A stretch of 64,000 bases of DNA from Azolla caroliniana. Lineage: Eukaryota > Plantae > Polypodiophyta. Numbering within the stretch: position 1 is the stretch's first letter; every line of letters begins with the position of its first letter. Below, piece by piece: positions 13,090 to 25,955 of this stretch. The stretch spans positions 14,942,001-15,006,000 of the forward strand of contig JBHGNT010000018.1 in assembly GCA_043228905.1 (NCBI GenBank). Reading direction: 5' to 3'. The notes below the pieces were generated by a model. That model was given only the letters and a program-made list of their open reading frames with translations. It made no database searches and had not been told where the DNA came from. Both the position numbers and the translations under genes were made by a program.

Positions 13090-13686
13090 TGTTGGGATTA
13101 CGGTCCCTCCGGATGGGATGGTCGGATGTCCGGGAATCGGGAATGAAGACCCCGGCTACGGACCCGGATGATGAAGACCCCGGCTACGGACCCGGATGAC
13201 GAATGTACCCGGAGAGAGATCCGGATGCGGGGACATATTTGTGAATATGTTTGCCAAGGGCCCTTGAGGCTATATTTGTAAATAGCCCGAAAGTCATATG
13301 TGTATAAATATGACTTAGGGCAAACAGTTTTATGTTGTTGCTCATTTTTCTGTTTTTCCACTTAGAGGGAGCTAAGTGAGCAGCCGAGAGAGAGAAGAGA
13401 GAGACGAAGAGAGAGAGAGACGAAGAGGTCGTTGCCTCTGTGTATTACCGCCGCCTGTGGCGAAGACAGTGAGCTCAAGGTTGTTGCCTTGTAGCTTCAC
13501 CATTGTACATCTCTGTTTATAGTGATAGTTGGAGTTTGAGGACTCCCGTGGTTTTTTTCCCATTTAGGGTTTTCCACGTAAAACATCCCGTGTACTCTTC
13601 TCTCTATTGTCTTCGTGCATTTTGTATTTCCCGTTTTCTGAGAGTTGATCCTATTCCTCGGTTGTGGCCGAGCACTGTTTTCAACA
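13090..13686 (+). repeat. 5' LTR of the young Copia (contains a 28-bp tandem duplication at ~13143-13198)
   Basis: TGTTGG..TTCAACA; ATGAAGACCCCGGCTACGGACCCGGATG x2. Confidence 0.97.
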
Positions 13687-13689
13687 AAG

Positions 13690-13701
13690 TGGTATCAGAG
13701 C
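13690..13701 (+). promoter_or_regulatory. PBS for initiator tRNA-Met
   Basis: TGGTATCAGAGC, 3 nt after the LTR. Confidence 0.95.
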
Positions 13702-13717
13702 ACGGTTAACACAGAAA

Positions 13718-16700
13718 ATGGAAGGCGGCGGTAGTGGGCCTCCGGGCATGATGGTGTTGAACTCACAGAACTACGCCGACTGGAAGATAAAGATGGAAGA
13801 CCTTCTCATCGTCCGAGACCTGTACGAACCGATCGACAATGCCGAGATACCCAAGGGGGTAATAGAGTCGGAGTGGAAGCTCCTGAACCGGAAAGCCGTA
13901 GCGACGATCCGGCAATATGTCGATGTAAGTGTCCTGCAACATGTGGCGAACGATACGAACGCCTATGAGATGTGGCAGAAGCTGTCCGGACTGTATGAGA
14001 GGAAGAATGCTCTGACCCGGACCTCCCTGATGAGGAAGATAGTGAATCTTAAGTACCGGGACGGCGAGAGCATGGTCGAACACGTCAGCACGTTCATGGG
14101 ATTTGTGAACCAGCTTGCGGCGATCAAGTTCCCGTTGGATGACGCAATGCAAGCCATCATGCTGATGTGTACCCTTCCGGAGAGCTGGGAGAACTTGGTA
14201 GTTACGCTCAGCACCTCCTGTAAGGAAGAGAACTTGTCTTTACTAACGGTAAAGACAAGTATTCTAAATGAAGAAGCGCGTCGGAGAGATAAAGAACCGG
14301 CCTCCGACTCGAAGGCGTTGCTTACCGAATCGGAACGGGGAAGACAACGGAACCGGAGTCCGCAAAGACGGGAGAAGTCGGGGACACGGTCGCAGTCGAG
14401 GGGAAGACCTACATGCTTCTACTGTGGGAAGCCGGGGCACTTCCAGAAGAACTGTCGGCATTTCCGGAAAGACAACGGAACCGACGGTACCGATTCGAAG
14501 AAGTCACCGGAGCGAAACGGTGCATACCGGGGAGCCACGGACCGGAGAGGTCCGGATCGGCGAGGGCAGGACCGGAAAGGAACGACGGCACTCGCGGCAA
14601 GTGAAGAAGAGATAATGCTCATTACCGAAGAGAGGGAGCTGAACCATGCCGGTGAAGAGATGACCTGGGTGGTCGATTCCGGAGCGTCGTTCCACCTGAC
14701 CCCGGAGAAGAAATACTTCTCATCCTACACAGCCGGTGAGCACGGCTGTGTCCGGATGGGAAATGAAGGTACATGCCGGATTGCCGGCATAGGAGACGTG
14801 TGGCTGATGACATCAACCGGATGCAAGATGCTGCTGAAGGATGTCCGACACGTTCCGGAGGTTCGATTGAACCTGATTTCGGCCGGGAGGCTAGACGATG
14901 AAGGCTACATGGGTAGCATCCGGAACGGCGTAATGAAGTTCAGCAAGGGGAGCCTGATAGTGGCTCGAGCCCGGAAAGTCAACACACTGTACCTTATGAA
15001 TGCCTGGTTGTGTCCGGAGGAGTTGAACGTGGCAGTCGACGCTGCCGGTGAGCTATGGCACAAGAGACTGTGCCACATGAGTGAGAAGGGGATGAAGAGG
15101 CTTGCAGAAGACAACCTTATTCCAGTGAAGCATGTGCACCTGGAGAAGTGCACCGATTGCCTGGCCGGTAAGCAGAACCGAACCTCCTTCCACTCAAGGC
15201 CACCGACGAGACGTAGCGCACCATTGGAGTTGGTGCACACTGACGTGTGTCAAGTAGAAACGAAGTCACATGGCGGAGCCCAGTACTTTGTGACATTCAT
15301 TGATGACCACAGCCGGAAGCTGTGGACGGCACCGTTGAAGACAAAGGACCAAGTGTTGTGCATCTTCAAAGAACTCCACGCGAGAGTGGAAAGGGAATCC
15401 GGCAAGAAGCTGAAAGCGATACGAGCGGATAACGGAGGGGAATACCGGGGGCAGTTCCAGGAGTACTGTCGCTCGAAGGGAATCCGGCTCGAGTTTACTG
15501 TGCCGAAGACGCCGGAACTGAACGGGCTGGCCGAGAGGATGAACCGGACCATAATGGAGAGGGTCCGGAGTATGCTGGCGCATGCGAAATTACCCAAGGG
15601 GTTTTGGGCTGAGGCAATGTCGACGGCGACGTATGTGATAAATAGATCACCCTCAGTACCTTTGGACGGAGACACGCCGCAGAAAGTGTGGACCGGTAAG
15701 GAAGTGTCCTACCGGCATCTGAAGGTGTTCGGGTGTCTCGCATACGTGCATGTGGCAAAGGACCGGAGAGGAAAGTTAGATCCAAAGACCCGGCCATGAA
15801 TATTCCTCGGTTACGGCGACGACGAGTTCGGCTACCGAGTATGGGACCCGGTCGACAAGAAGATATTCAGGAGTCGAGATATCATCTTCATGGAGGACAA
15901 GACACTCGCCGACTGGGAGTCGGAGAAGAAGATGAAGAGCTCCAAGTCGACCGGTGAGGATCAACTCTACGAAGAGCAGTCCCGACCGGCAAGGGACCGG
16001 TTAGCACTCGAGGATCCGGCCGAAGACGGTGAAGAAACAGAACCGGCCGAGGAAGATGAAACTGATACCGGAACCGGCCCCGATCCCGAAATGGATTCGG
16101 ATGAAGAGGAAACGGAGGAGCCGGTTACCGAAGCTCCGGAACGGAGATATCCTCTAAGAGAGAGAAGGGCCCCCCGGAGATTTCCGGAACCAGAGCACGT
16201 GCTGCTAACCGACGAGGGGGAGCCGGAGAGTTTTGAAGAAGCAAAGCTTGACAACCATAGCCGCAGGTGGTTAAGTGCCATGCAGGAGGAGATGGATTCC
16301 CTGCATGAGAACCACACATATGAACTTGTGGAGTTGCCGAAAGGTAAGCGGGCACTTCGAAACAAGTGGGTGTTCAAGCTGAAACCGGGAGATGCCGGAA
16401 ACCCCCCGAGATACAAAGCCAGGATCGTAGTGAAGGGGTTCCAGCAGAAGAAGGGCGTCGACTTCGACGAGATATTTGCCCCGGTAGTGAAGATGACCTC
16501 CATCCGAACGGTGCTGAGCATAGCGGCAAGCATGGACCTCGAGGTAGAACAGATGGACGTGAAGACGGCATTCCTTCACGGTGACCTCGAAGAAGAGATC
16601 TACATGCAGCAACCGGAAGGATTCGAGAAGAAAGGGAAGGAGCACCTGGTATGCCGGTTGAAGAAGAGCCTTTACGAACTGAAGCAGGCTCCCCGGCAAT

Positions 16701-17791
16701 GGTACCGGAAGTTCGACTCCTTCATGACAGACGAAGGGTACCACAAAACGCAGTCCGATCACTGCGTGTTTGTGAAGAAGTTTGAAGGAGGAGACTTTTT
16801 AATACTCCTCCTGTACGTGGACGACATGTTGATCGTCGGACGGGACCAGGGCAAGATACGGATGCTGAAGAAAGCGCTTCACCGAACCTTCTCAATGAAG
16901 GACCTGGGTCCGGCGAGGCAAATACTAGGGATGCACATCATCCGGGACCGGAAGAAGAAGCAGTTGTGGCTGTCACAGGAGAAGTACGTGACAAAGATGC
17001 TTCACCGGTTCAACATGTCGGAAGCAAGACCGGTCGGGTCAACCCTCCCGGGAAACTGCAAGTTGTCCAGCAAGCAAAGCCCCAAGACAAAGGCTGAGAA
17101 GGAGGACATGATGAAAGTACCATATGCCTCTGCCGTCGGAAGCTTGATGTACGCAATGGTGTGTACAAGACCGGACATAGGATATGCAGTCGGAGTGGTG
17201 AGCCGGTACATGAGCAATCCCGGCAAAGAACACTGGAACGCGGTCAAGTGGATACTCCGATACCTGAAGGGCACGGCAAACGTGTGCCTCCGATTCGGCT
17301 CCGGTAAGCCCGAACTCGACGGCTTTATCGATTCGGATATGTCGGCTGATGCAGATATCAGCCGGTCCACATCAAGGTATGTGATGACGTATGCAGGGGG
17401 AGCTGTTTCGTGGCAGTCGAGGCTGCAGAAGACGGTTGCGTTGTCAACCACGGAGGCGGAGTACATGGCGGCTGTTGAAGCCGGCAAGGAAATAATATGG
17501 ATGAAGGACTTCATTAGAGAGCTCGGTATCCGGCAGGAGCAGTACCGACTCTACTGCGACAGTCAGAGTGCCATCCACCTTGCGAAGAACGCGGCCTATC
17601 ACTCCCGGACGAAGCACATCCAGCGAAGATATCACTGGATCCGGGAAAGGATAGAGGACCAGGAGTTCGTGCTGACGAAGATCCACACGGACGAGAACGG
17701 GTCGGATATGTTGACCAAGGTGCTCACACCCGACAAGCTGGAAGCATGCCGGAAGAGGGTCGGACTGGAAAGACATCCCATGCCGAAGTGA
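13718..17791 (+). pseudogene. Copia gag-pol polyprotein with a single in-frame stop (15797-15799)
   Basis: The 711-aa and 633-aa ORFs are in the same frame; CFYCGKPGHFQKNC, WVVDSGAS, HTDV..DNGGEY..AERMNR, YVDDML and RNase H motifs; KTRP*IFLGY where Cys is expected. Confidence 0.96.
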
Positions 17792-17801
17792 AGGGGGAGT
17801 T

Positions 17802-18398
17802 TGTTGGGATTACGGTCCCTCCGGATGGGATGGTCGGATGTCCGGGAATCGGGAATGAAGACCCCGGCTACGGACCCGGATGATGAAGACCCCGGCTACG
17901 GAGCCGGATGACGAATGTACCCGGAGAGAGATCCGGATGCGGGGACATATTTGTGAATATGTTTGCCAAGGGCCCTTGAGGCTATATTTGTAAATAGCCC
18001 GAAAGTCATATGTGTATAAATATGACTTAGGGCAAACAGTTTTATGTTGTTGCTCATTTTTCTGTTTTTCCACTTAGAGGGAGCTAAGTGAGCAGCCGAG
18101 AGAGAGAAGAGAGAGACGAAGAGAGAGAGAGACGAAGAGGTCGTTGCCTCTGTGTATTACCGCCGCCTGTGGCGAAGACAGTGAGCTCAAGGTTGTTGCC
18201 TTATAGCTTCACCATTGTACATCTCTGTTTATAGTGATAGTTGGAGTTTGAGGACTCCCGTGGTTTTTTTCCCATTTAGGGTTTTCCACGTAAAACATCC
18301 CGTGTACTCTTCTCTCTATTGTCTTCGTGCATTTTGTATTTCCCGTTTTCTGAGAGTTGATCCTATTCCTCGGTTGTGGCCGAGCACTGTTTTCAACA
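17802..18398 (+). repeat. 3' LTR of the young Copia
   Basis: Near-identical to 13090-13686; followed by TSD ATCTT. Confidence 0.97.
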
Positions 18399-18920
18399 AT
18401 CTTCAAGGTGTGGCTATCAATTGTCATGTTCCTTTATTGAATGTTTTTCAACTCTTGACAGAGTTGAAGTTTTTGTGCGGTTGTATGGGCCACAAATATC
18501 TTTTTGAGGTTCCCCCACGCTTCTTTTGGAGTTTTGGCCTCTCAGATGTAGTCGAGCATGTGATCATGAATACATTATGCAAGCCAATACAACACACGAC
18601 TCACCACTTGCTCCCAAGTTGGGTGGTCGGCATGTGTCAAGTTGGGTTGATTTTCTTGAGCTCCTTCGATGTAACCCCAATAGCCTTGGCTAACAATGTA
18701 TTGTTGCATCTTGTATTCCCAAGATACAAAGTTGTTTTTGTCGAGTTTCTCAGTAGGAAGAGTGCTTCCCATCTATGTATTCATGATAATCGTTTTGTTT
18801 GGAGCAAGTATCCTTCTTCTTCTCTATGATATGAACATGCAAGTTGCTACTACATCGATTGGCCTTAGGCACACTACACGCGGATGGACTTAGATCAAGC
18901 TACCACACAATCTGTAAAGA

Positions 18921-18992
<72 letters not shown>

Positions 18993-19210
18993 ATATAGAG
19001 TAGGTGCTTATGTAGTCACCTTCTCTCTATATTCTCTTACTACCACTACCTCTTGGGAAAGAGGTGGAGACTTAATTACCTACTAAGTGTGTGTCATAGA
19101 TCTGAACTTCTATGACACTTGGTTATGATACAAGGAGGTGGGATGTTCACACACTTGGATTTTCGTAAGGTGTGTTCCCACGCTAGGGAAGTTGAGTTTG
19201 ATTCTCAACA
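18399..19210 (-). mobile_element. 5' part (LTR and gag fragment) of the decayed second-family Copia
   Basis: MGSTLPTEKLDKNNFVSWEYKMQQYIVSQGYWGYIEG gag start; the minus-strand end TGTTGAGAATCAAACTCAAC resembles the LTR start at 61549. Confidence 0.8.
18922..18992. repeat. Compound (GT)n(GA)n microsatellite
   Basis: Seen directly. Confidence 0.95.
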
Positions 19211-20944
19211 ATTTTAAATCGCCATTTTAAATACTAGGACATGTATAGCCTCAACTTTTCTAGAAGTGTGTTATTTATTACCAAGTGCATATCTAAAGTC
19301 TACATATTAAATCCTAGTTACAAAAGGTCCAACTCCATCGGGTGAACCAATTAGGCAAATACTACCCACCAATAGATGGTATATGGAATTGAGTCCATAA
19401 CTTTGGAGCAACTAAATGGGAGGTGGCGCATGCTAAATGAAGTCACATCTCATGTAGGGTTCACGTCTTTCAATTGTAATCCAACATGCTCATGCTTTCA
19501 TCAACATTGAATTCATGATAAGAGAATGGAGTTGTGTTTAATGGAGGATGCAAATAGAGTGAGGAATGGACTTGTGGCTAGTGGAGGAAGAGATAGTGAC
19601 AAATCAAGTGCTCATGCATTACTAACCAAATGGTTATGATTATAACAAAACAATATACATATTTTACTTGAAATAGAAATTTGCAGCTCCTCAAAAATTC
19701 AAAAGATTGCATCAAATTGTAGAGAAGGTATGTAGGTTAAAGGTGAAAGACTCGAGCAAAATAACTCTCCGACAGTTTGGGATGGATATCACATCAAAAG
19801 GAATTTGAAGGCAAATGAATACTAATAATTTTCTGCAGCTAAACGAAGTGATGGTGAGGTCAAAATAACATGTAAGACAAAGTTGGATGTAATGAAATGA
19901 AAAAGAAACAAGCAGAACCTTAGGACAAGTCCTACAAAAAACCACATTTCCATGACTTGTCTATGGATCCATCTTACCAATGGTGGCTTCTATTTCAAGT
20001 AAACGGGAGTTCCAAGGCATACTTTATAATATATCCGTTTGATACAGCCAAGATCAAGCTCTATCTGCTTGAGTTCACATTCATGCAATTTTATATTGCC
20101 TTCAAACTCCATTCCAACTTCAACCTTGCAGAATCCATCTCTTCGACCAGATCTTAGATACTAAAAAGCTAATGTACACTCGTACTGATTTCTACATCCG
20201 TGGAGGAATATCATAACAACCACCAAAAGGTAGTTATGATAGCACAACAGCTTTAAAACACAGCACTCTAAGCTGGTCTACAACCTCAAGAAGTTCCTTC
20301 CGCTTCCATCTACAACCATTTTATATATAGCAAGGCCAATTATTGTTAAACTAATGGGGTATTCCAAATGGTTTTAAACTAAGTCCTCCATCCATGCTAA
20401 TCATGATGATTGCATGAGGACCACATGTACACAAATAGAGAAGCATTGCAATGGTTTCCTGTATATACTGTTGTACACTACCATGGCATCCATAATTGCA
20501 TGGTAGATTCACTTCCAAAAGTTCCTCATTCCATTCTCTTCTACACGGTTTAGGGGCCTTGCAAAGTAATGTGATAACAAATTTGCTTCATAAAATTACA
20601 GAAATAAATGACTATTTACTTATTGATTTATATCATCTATATAGAGGGAGGGGTGCGGAAGAAATGGATAGCAAATAAATATAAATGCATAGGTTACAAT
20701 ATTTTCCAAGGGGCTAGAAAGTGCTTCATAGATCTAAAAATTCTCGATATTATGATTAACCGGTGCGACATACATATTGGTAAGTCGGTTACATAAATAG
20801 CATATAAAAAGAAAACACAATACATACAAGAGTTGGTCAGTTCCATAAATTGCAATACCAAAAACCTAGTGCCACGTTCCCAGCTTAAGACAACAGACAA
20901 TCAATCTCATGAATACCAGGCACTTAACATGCAGCTCCGCTGCT

Positions 20945-21310
20945 TTATTTCCTTCATTCTCTTCTTCTCCCATTTTCTCTTCTTGTTCTTTTACTACTGT
21001 CATAGTTCTTTTTCACTTCTTATTTTTTCTCTTCTTTCTACCCTTCATGTTTCTCCCTTTTTCTCCTTTTCCTTACTTTGTTCTTTTTCTCTTCTTCCCT
21101 TCTCTTTTCTTTTTCCCTTTTTTTCTTTTTTTTTTCTTTTTTTTCTTTTTTTTTCTTTTTTTTCTTTTTTCTTTTTTCTTTTTTCTTTTTTTTCTTTTTT
21201 CTTTTTTTTTCCTTTTTTTTCTTTTTCTTTTTTTATCTTTTTCTTTCCTTTTTGCTCTTTTCTCTTTTCTTTTCCTCACATCATTTTTCTTCCCATACAT
21301 TTTTTCTCTA
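20945..21310 (-). repeat. Long A-rich (An-G) low-complexity tract downstream of the PABN stop codon
   Basis: The plus strand is almost pure T/C, with T runs broken by single C. Confidence 0.9.
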
Positions 21311-21335
21311 CTTTCCAAGTTTGTGATCACTATTT

Positions 21336-21477
21336 TACAAACATAATTGCAGAAGCATAGAGGGGATGGTGACCTTTGGGCCAATATTGACCTATACTTT
21401 GCCTTATGTATCACAAACATAATAGCAGAAGCATAGAGGGGAAGGAGACCTTTGGGCCAATATTGACCTATACTTTT
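21336..21477. repeat. Tandem duplication, ~65-bp unit
   Basis: ACAAACATAAT.GCAGAAGCATAGAGGGGA.GG.GACCTTTGGGCCAATATTGACCTATACTTT twice. Confidence 0.9.
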
Positions 21478-22189
21478 TTAAGGCACATTTCCAAAACTTG
21501 ATCTCGTCCATAGCAAAAGCTGGAAGTAATGGCAATCTTGTAAAAATATAAACTTGACCTCCTCCACCCGAGCAAAGCTTCACTATCAACACCCATGAAG
21601 GAAACAAGGTTAGGTTTCCTTTCTCAGTATTAAACAAGGTTATTAATATAATGCCCACGCTGAATCACCCACCATCCAGAAACAACAAGGATTCCAGATA
21701 CATCACCAGTGCATGAGTTCCAAACATATGCACAATTGGAAAGTTCAAACAGGTCCATCAATATTTGTGGACAAGCTATAGATGACCTAATTTCCGTACC
21801 CCAAGTGACTGTAAAAAGGTCATAGGATTGCCTACCTTTCGTGACATATCTTGTTTTGAGGTCTTACTTTGTTCTTATGAATTTCTTACAGCTAGTTAGA
21901 ATATATCAGCTCCTGCAATGACCTACAAACAGAAACAAAAACATTAAACTAAACAACGAAATAAATTTTCTGTGCACCCAGAAGGGGATCCAGGCATTCC
22001 GAATATTAGACACATCTGCCTATGTTGTTAAAGTTTTACACTAAAATCTTTATGTTACTTTTTACATAACTCTAAATTACTGTTCCAACAGGAAGTTCAA
22101 AACCTGCAAAAGAAGCTTAAAAATTACATTCATCTTTTCCAATTTCCTACATTAAAATTAACTTATAATCTTCAAACCAAACAGCAAAA

Positions 22190-25100
22190 TCAATAGTAAG
22201 GCCTGTAGCGGAAAGGCCTTCGAGACCGTGGAAATTTCCTGCCAAGCGTAGGGACATATCATTACTCTACCGGTCAAATAAGAAGAAAAAAAGGTACTTG
22301 CATAATATGGAGCCGAGAGCTAAAACAAAGCATACCCATAAGGAGTATAACCATAGGAAGGCATATATGACCCACGTGGAGTGTACCCATATGGGCTGAA
22401 ACGCCGGCCCCTATACATCTTCATTCCTGGTACATTGGTTCTTTTTGCACTTACCTGAGGATTCATGACAAACTATGCAATCTAAGTAACATATCTATGT
22501 GTAGTATAAATCATCTTGTGAGTATAGTCCATGGTGCTACCTTCAAGGGGCGGCCATGAAGCTCCGAATCATTTAATTGAGTGGCATTTACAACTGCCTC
22601 AGTCTCCAAAAACTCTACATATGCATATCTGCAAAAGCATTCTTAGATAAAGATTCCATGATGCAAAATTGTTTCTCCACTAAAATTCATTCAGATGCCT
22701 GAAGGTACCCTTTTGGTTGACCAAATTTATCTGTTAGAATAGTTACGCGGTTCACTGTGCCACAAGACTGGAAGTGCTGCTGAACTTCTTCAGGTGTGCA
22801 AGAATAATCAACCTGAGTCCATCATCACATACATTGAATATGAGATTTCACAGGTATGATGATTTTACATAGTATACATCGTGCAGGAGAGAGTTGATAG
22901 AATACAGCTGCAGAAAAGAGAAAATATAGAAATAAAGTATGAATTATGCAAAGGGTTAAACATGCATCGAAATATATCAAGACTACAATGGCTATATAAT
23001 TAAAAACCAAGTCTCTTAACCACAACATAAAACAAACACCATTTTAAACCTAACTTACATCAATCACATAAATTTTGACTTAAAAGAAAACAGATTATGA
23101 CCCTCTTTTTTATTATGCATACAGAATATGAACCAATACAAATAATGCGCTTGCGTGGCAACAGAAATTAGTCATGTGTTCAAAGAGAAGGATATAGAGG
23201 GTACATAAACCTAAAATGTAAAGGGAAAATGTCTAAAATATCCACTAAGTTTTTTTATTTTCACAAATGCCCTTGGTCAATTCCCTTCTACAACAATTAT
23301 ATGTTATTTGAGCATCTTTATCATCAATTCGTCCCCTTATTTTTTCTTTTGAGGGTTCACCTGGGGCATTTGGGAACTAGAGAAAATCTCGGGTATTTAA
23401 GACTTTTTCCAACATAAAATGGGGGTCACCAATGCCTAGATCTAAAATACCCCCATGGTTCTTTTAATTGAAATCATAAAAGAAGACCATGACTAACAAC
23501 GGTGGAAACCATACATTGCCAACATAAACAGAACGTGAATCTGCTTCCTCTTTACTAGCTTGGCTGGGTACAGCGCTTCCAGGATCTGCACCCGGATTAA
23601 AATATTAATAACACCAAAGAACAAGTGATTAAGTTCGAATATACTTTAACCGAACAAAACACTGTGCAAACCTTGGGCAGTGCCCATCTCCTTCTCAACT
23701 TTGGCTTGCATGACCCGTAACGCTGCTGCCTCCTCCTCCATTTCTTTCAGCCGCCTCTTCATCTCCTCCAGTTCCTATACCACACGATAAGAAACTTCTG
23801 AGTTTACATACAGTGATTCTTAGCATCTGGTAAATTCCTTGTTATTTCATGTGACAGAACGTTCAGCAAAGAAATTATAAAAAATGATGAATACCACAAC
23901 TTTGATCATAATGCCGAGTTACAAATTAGAATATGAAAATGAAATCCAACAGAACTGTTGAAGTACTATCATGAATATCTGCAAATGTAGGCTGATACCC
24001 AACTTTGTGGAAAAAGTCCTATTACATTAATCTTTAATAGATAAACTAAATTTTGCTCCCTAAATATGATAGAGTAGTACAAACGAAGTTCAAATATTAG
24101 ATCTTCTGGTTGCCATTTCAAAGAGAATAAAACATCCGCTGCATGTTTCCATAGATATTCAATTACTCACCATGGATGTGCCGTTTTGAATTAGCGTAAA
24201 CCATTAGAGTTATCTCTACATTAACAAAATCAATTCTGATCTTAGATCAACATCCAAATGTCCATCTCAAAGGGTATATGTTTGGTCAACTATGTCATGC
24301 CATAGTGTAGACTCTAGAGCATGGTCTGGGAAAACGGAAGCAGAGAAAACACTGGAGTCAACATGTAGAATGGCACACTTGTAGAAATCCATTAGAGTAA
24401 CGCTCCAAAATATGCTAGAATTTTCTTTATTCACTCCAAATGCCCCTAAGTTTCCATAATTTCCCCAAGTGTCACCGGTCAACTCCATGGGATTATGTCA
24501 ACAGAATTGCATAACTATCACATATAATTGAGAAAAAGGAATGGAATTACCATATAATTGGAATAATAGCACATATAGATGCTAAACAGGGGTTGTCCAA
24601 AGTGCTTAGGGAATTAATGAAAGCCTAGGGAATTCTTGAGGAAATGAAGTAAAACTCAGGTATTTCTGATTTTTTTATGAATATACTATCATTCAGAATC
24701 TTAAAACTTGGTCTCCTACCGCCCACAGGCATCATTAAAATGAAACCCAAACATTCAGGATCATGGGAATAAGAAAATTTAGGGAAAATGCTAAAATATA
24801 TCTGTGTATGGATATTAACATACATATGTGCGTACATATAAAAAAATATTTACATATATGTGTGTAGACATATACCTATACAGACAATATACATATATAT
24901 AGGTATGTGTACATTGAACACATTGCATTCAAACATACATAAGTATAAAAATACATAGGTATATGTGTGTGTATAATATACATATAAATGGATAGGATAT
25001 ATATACTAATATGTTTGATCAGGAGAATATTTAATTCATAAAAAAGAGCAATTGCACAGTAACAGACTTGCAAAGACAGAAAGGAAGGGAGGTTAAAAGA

Positions 25101-25252
25101 AAGAAAAGAAAAACCTGGGCAGCAAAATCATCAGCGCTCGCCTTCTCCACACCTCCTCGCTCGTGGTGAGCATCCATCTCTTCATCCCTCAGAGCCTCCA
25201 TATCTTCTTCCTCTGGGATCTCTCCTCCATATACTTCATGCTCTTCATCCAT
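22190..25252 (-). CDS. PABN: Nuclear polyadenylate-binding protein 2 (PABN/PABPN1 family), 7 coding exons, 223 aa
   Basis: Exons 25252-25115, 23774-23672, 23585-23515, 22812-22709, 22628-22541, 22454-22336, 22238-22190; all GT-AG, total 672 nt. [52 protein letters not shown] (RRM)..[15 protein letters not shown]. Confidence 0.95.
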
Positions 25253-25628
25253 TCTCGTCCAACCTAAACAAAATAAAACAAAAGATCCTTAGAAATACTC
25301 AGAAAAAAAAAGAAACAAAGAATATGATGAAACAGAATAAGAACGGAGGAGAAAACTTACAACCAGACTCTCAACTCAGAAGGAAAAATAAATAAAATTG
25401 AAAATTTATATGCTTATTTACATTAGAAGAAAAAGGACATAGAAAACCACAGAATAAGAAACCCTAGAAAATACCCAGAAAAGAAGAGATAGGACAGAAA
25501 ACCCATAAACCTCTTTTGTAGGCAACAACAAATGACCTGCTTGGCTCTGTTTCTCTCTAAGCTTTTCCTTTGTTTTCTTGCTTCCTCTCTAGAAAGAAGA
25601 AGAAGAAGAAGAAGAAGAAGAGGAAAAA

Positions 25629-25955
25629 GGAAACTAAAGATCCATTCAAAAGAAAAAACACAAAGAAAATGGGAGTTCCTTTCACAAGTGTTGGTTGTCT
25701 CCAAAATTTATTAAAATCAATGAATCCATGAAGAAGAAAGGAAACTAAAGATCCATTTTCAAAAGAAAAAACACGAAGAAAATGAGAGTTCCTTTCACAA
25801 GTGTTGTCTCCAAAATTTATTCAAAGCAATCAATCCATGAAGAAAGAAGAAGAAGAAGAAGGAAACTAAAGATCCATCTATTCAAATGAAAGAACACAGA
25901 AAATGAGAGTTCCTTTCACACTTCTTGTCTCAAAAATTTATTCAAAGAAATCAGT
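25629..25955. repeat. Three tandem ~115-bp repeats in the PABN 5' region
   Basis: GGAAACTAAAGATCCAT..GAGTTCCTTTCACA..TTGTCTC.AAAATTTATT x3, preceded by (AGA)n. Confidence 0.9.

Larger units (their letters stand above)
13090..18398 (+). mobile_element. Very recent full-length Ty1/Copia (Tork/Tnt1-like)
   Basis: 597-bp LTRs (13090-13686, 17802-18398) with only 2 visible differences; TSD ATCTT; PBS TGGTATCAGAGC; PPT AAGTGAAGGGGGAG. Confidence 0.98.

Noticed and set aside
15797-15799. Programmed read-through of the TGA in the young Copia
   Set aside because: It replaces the conserved Cys of the KCIFLGY-type motif and is not at a gag/pol boundary. Other point lesions (YELKQ, STSRYV) indicate ordinary mutation.
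13763-17776. Numerous antisense and alternative-frame ORFs in the Copia and Gypsy elements
   Set aside because: Shadow ORFs of GC-rich coding sequence with no independent motifs.
20833-21420. Poly-Phe and poly-Lys ORFs
   Set aside because: Translation artefacts of the T/C low-complexity tract.
25629-25955. CRISPR-like array
   Set aside because: Plain tandem repeats without unique spacers, in a eukaryotic gene context.
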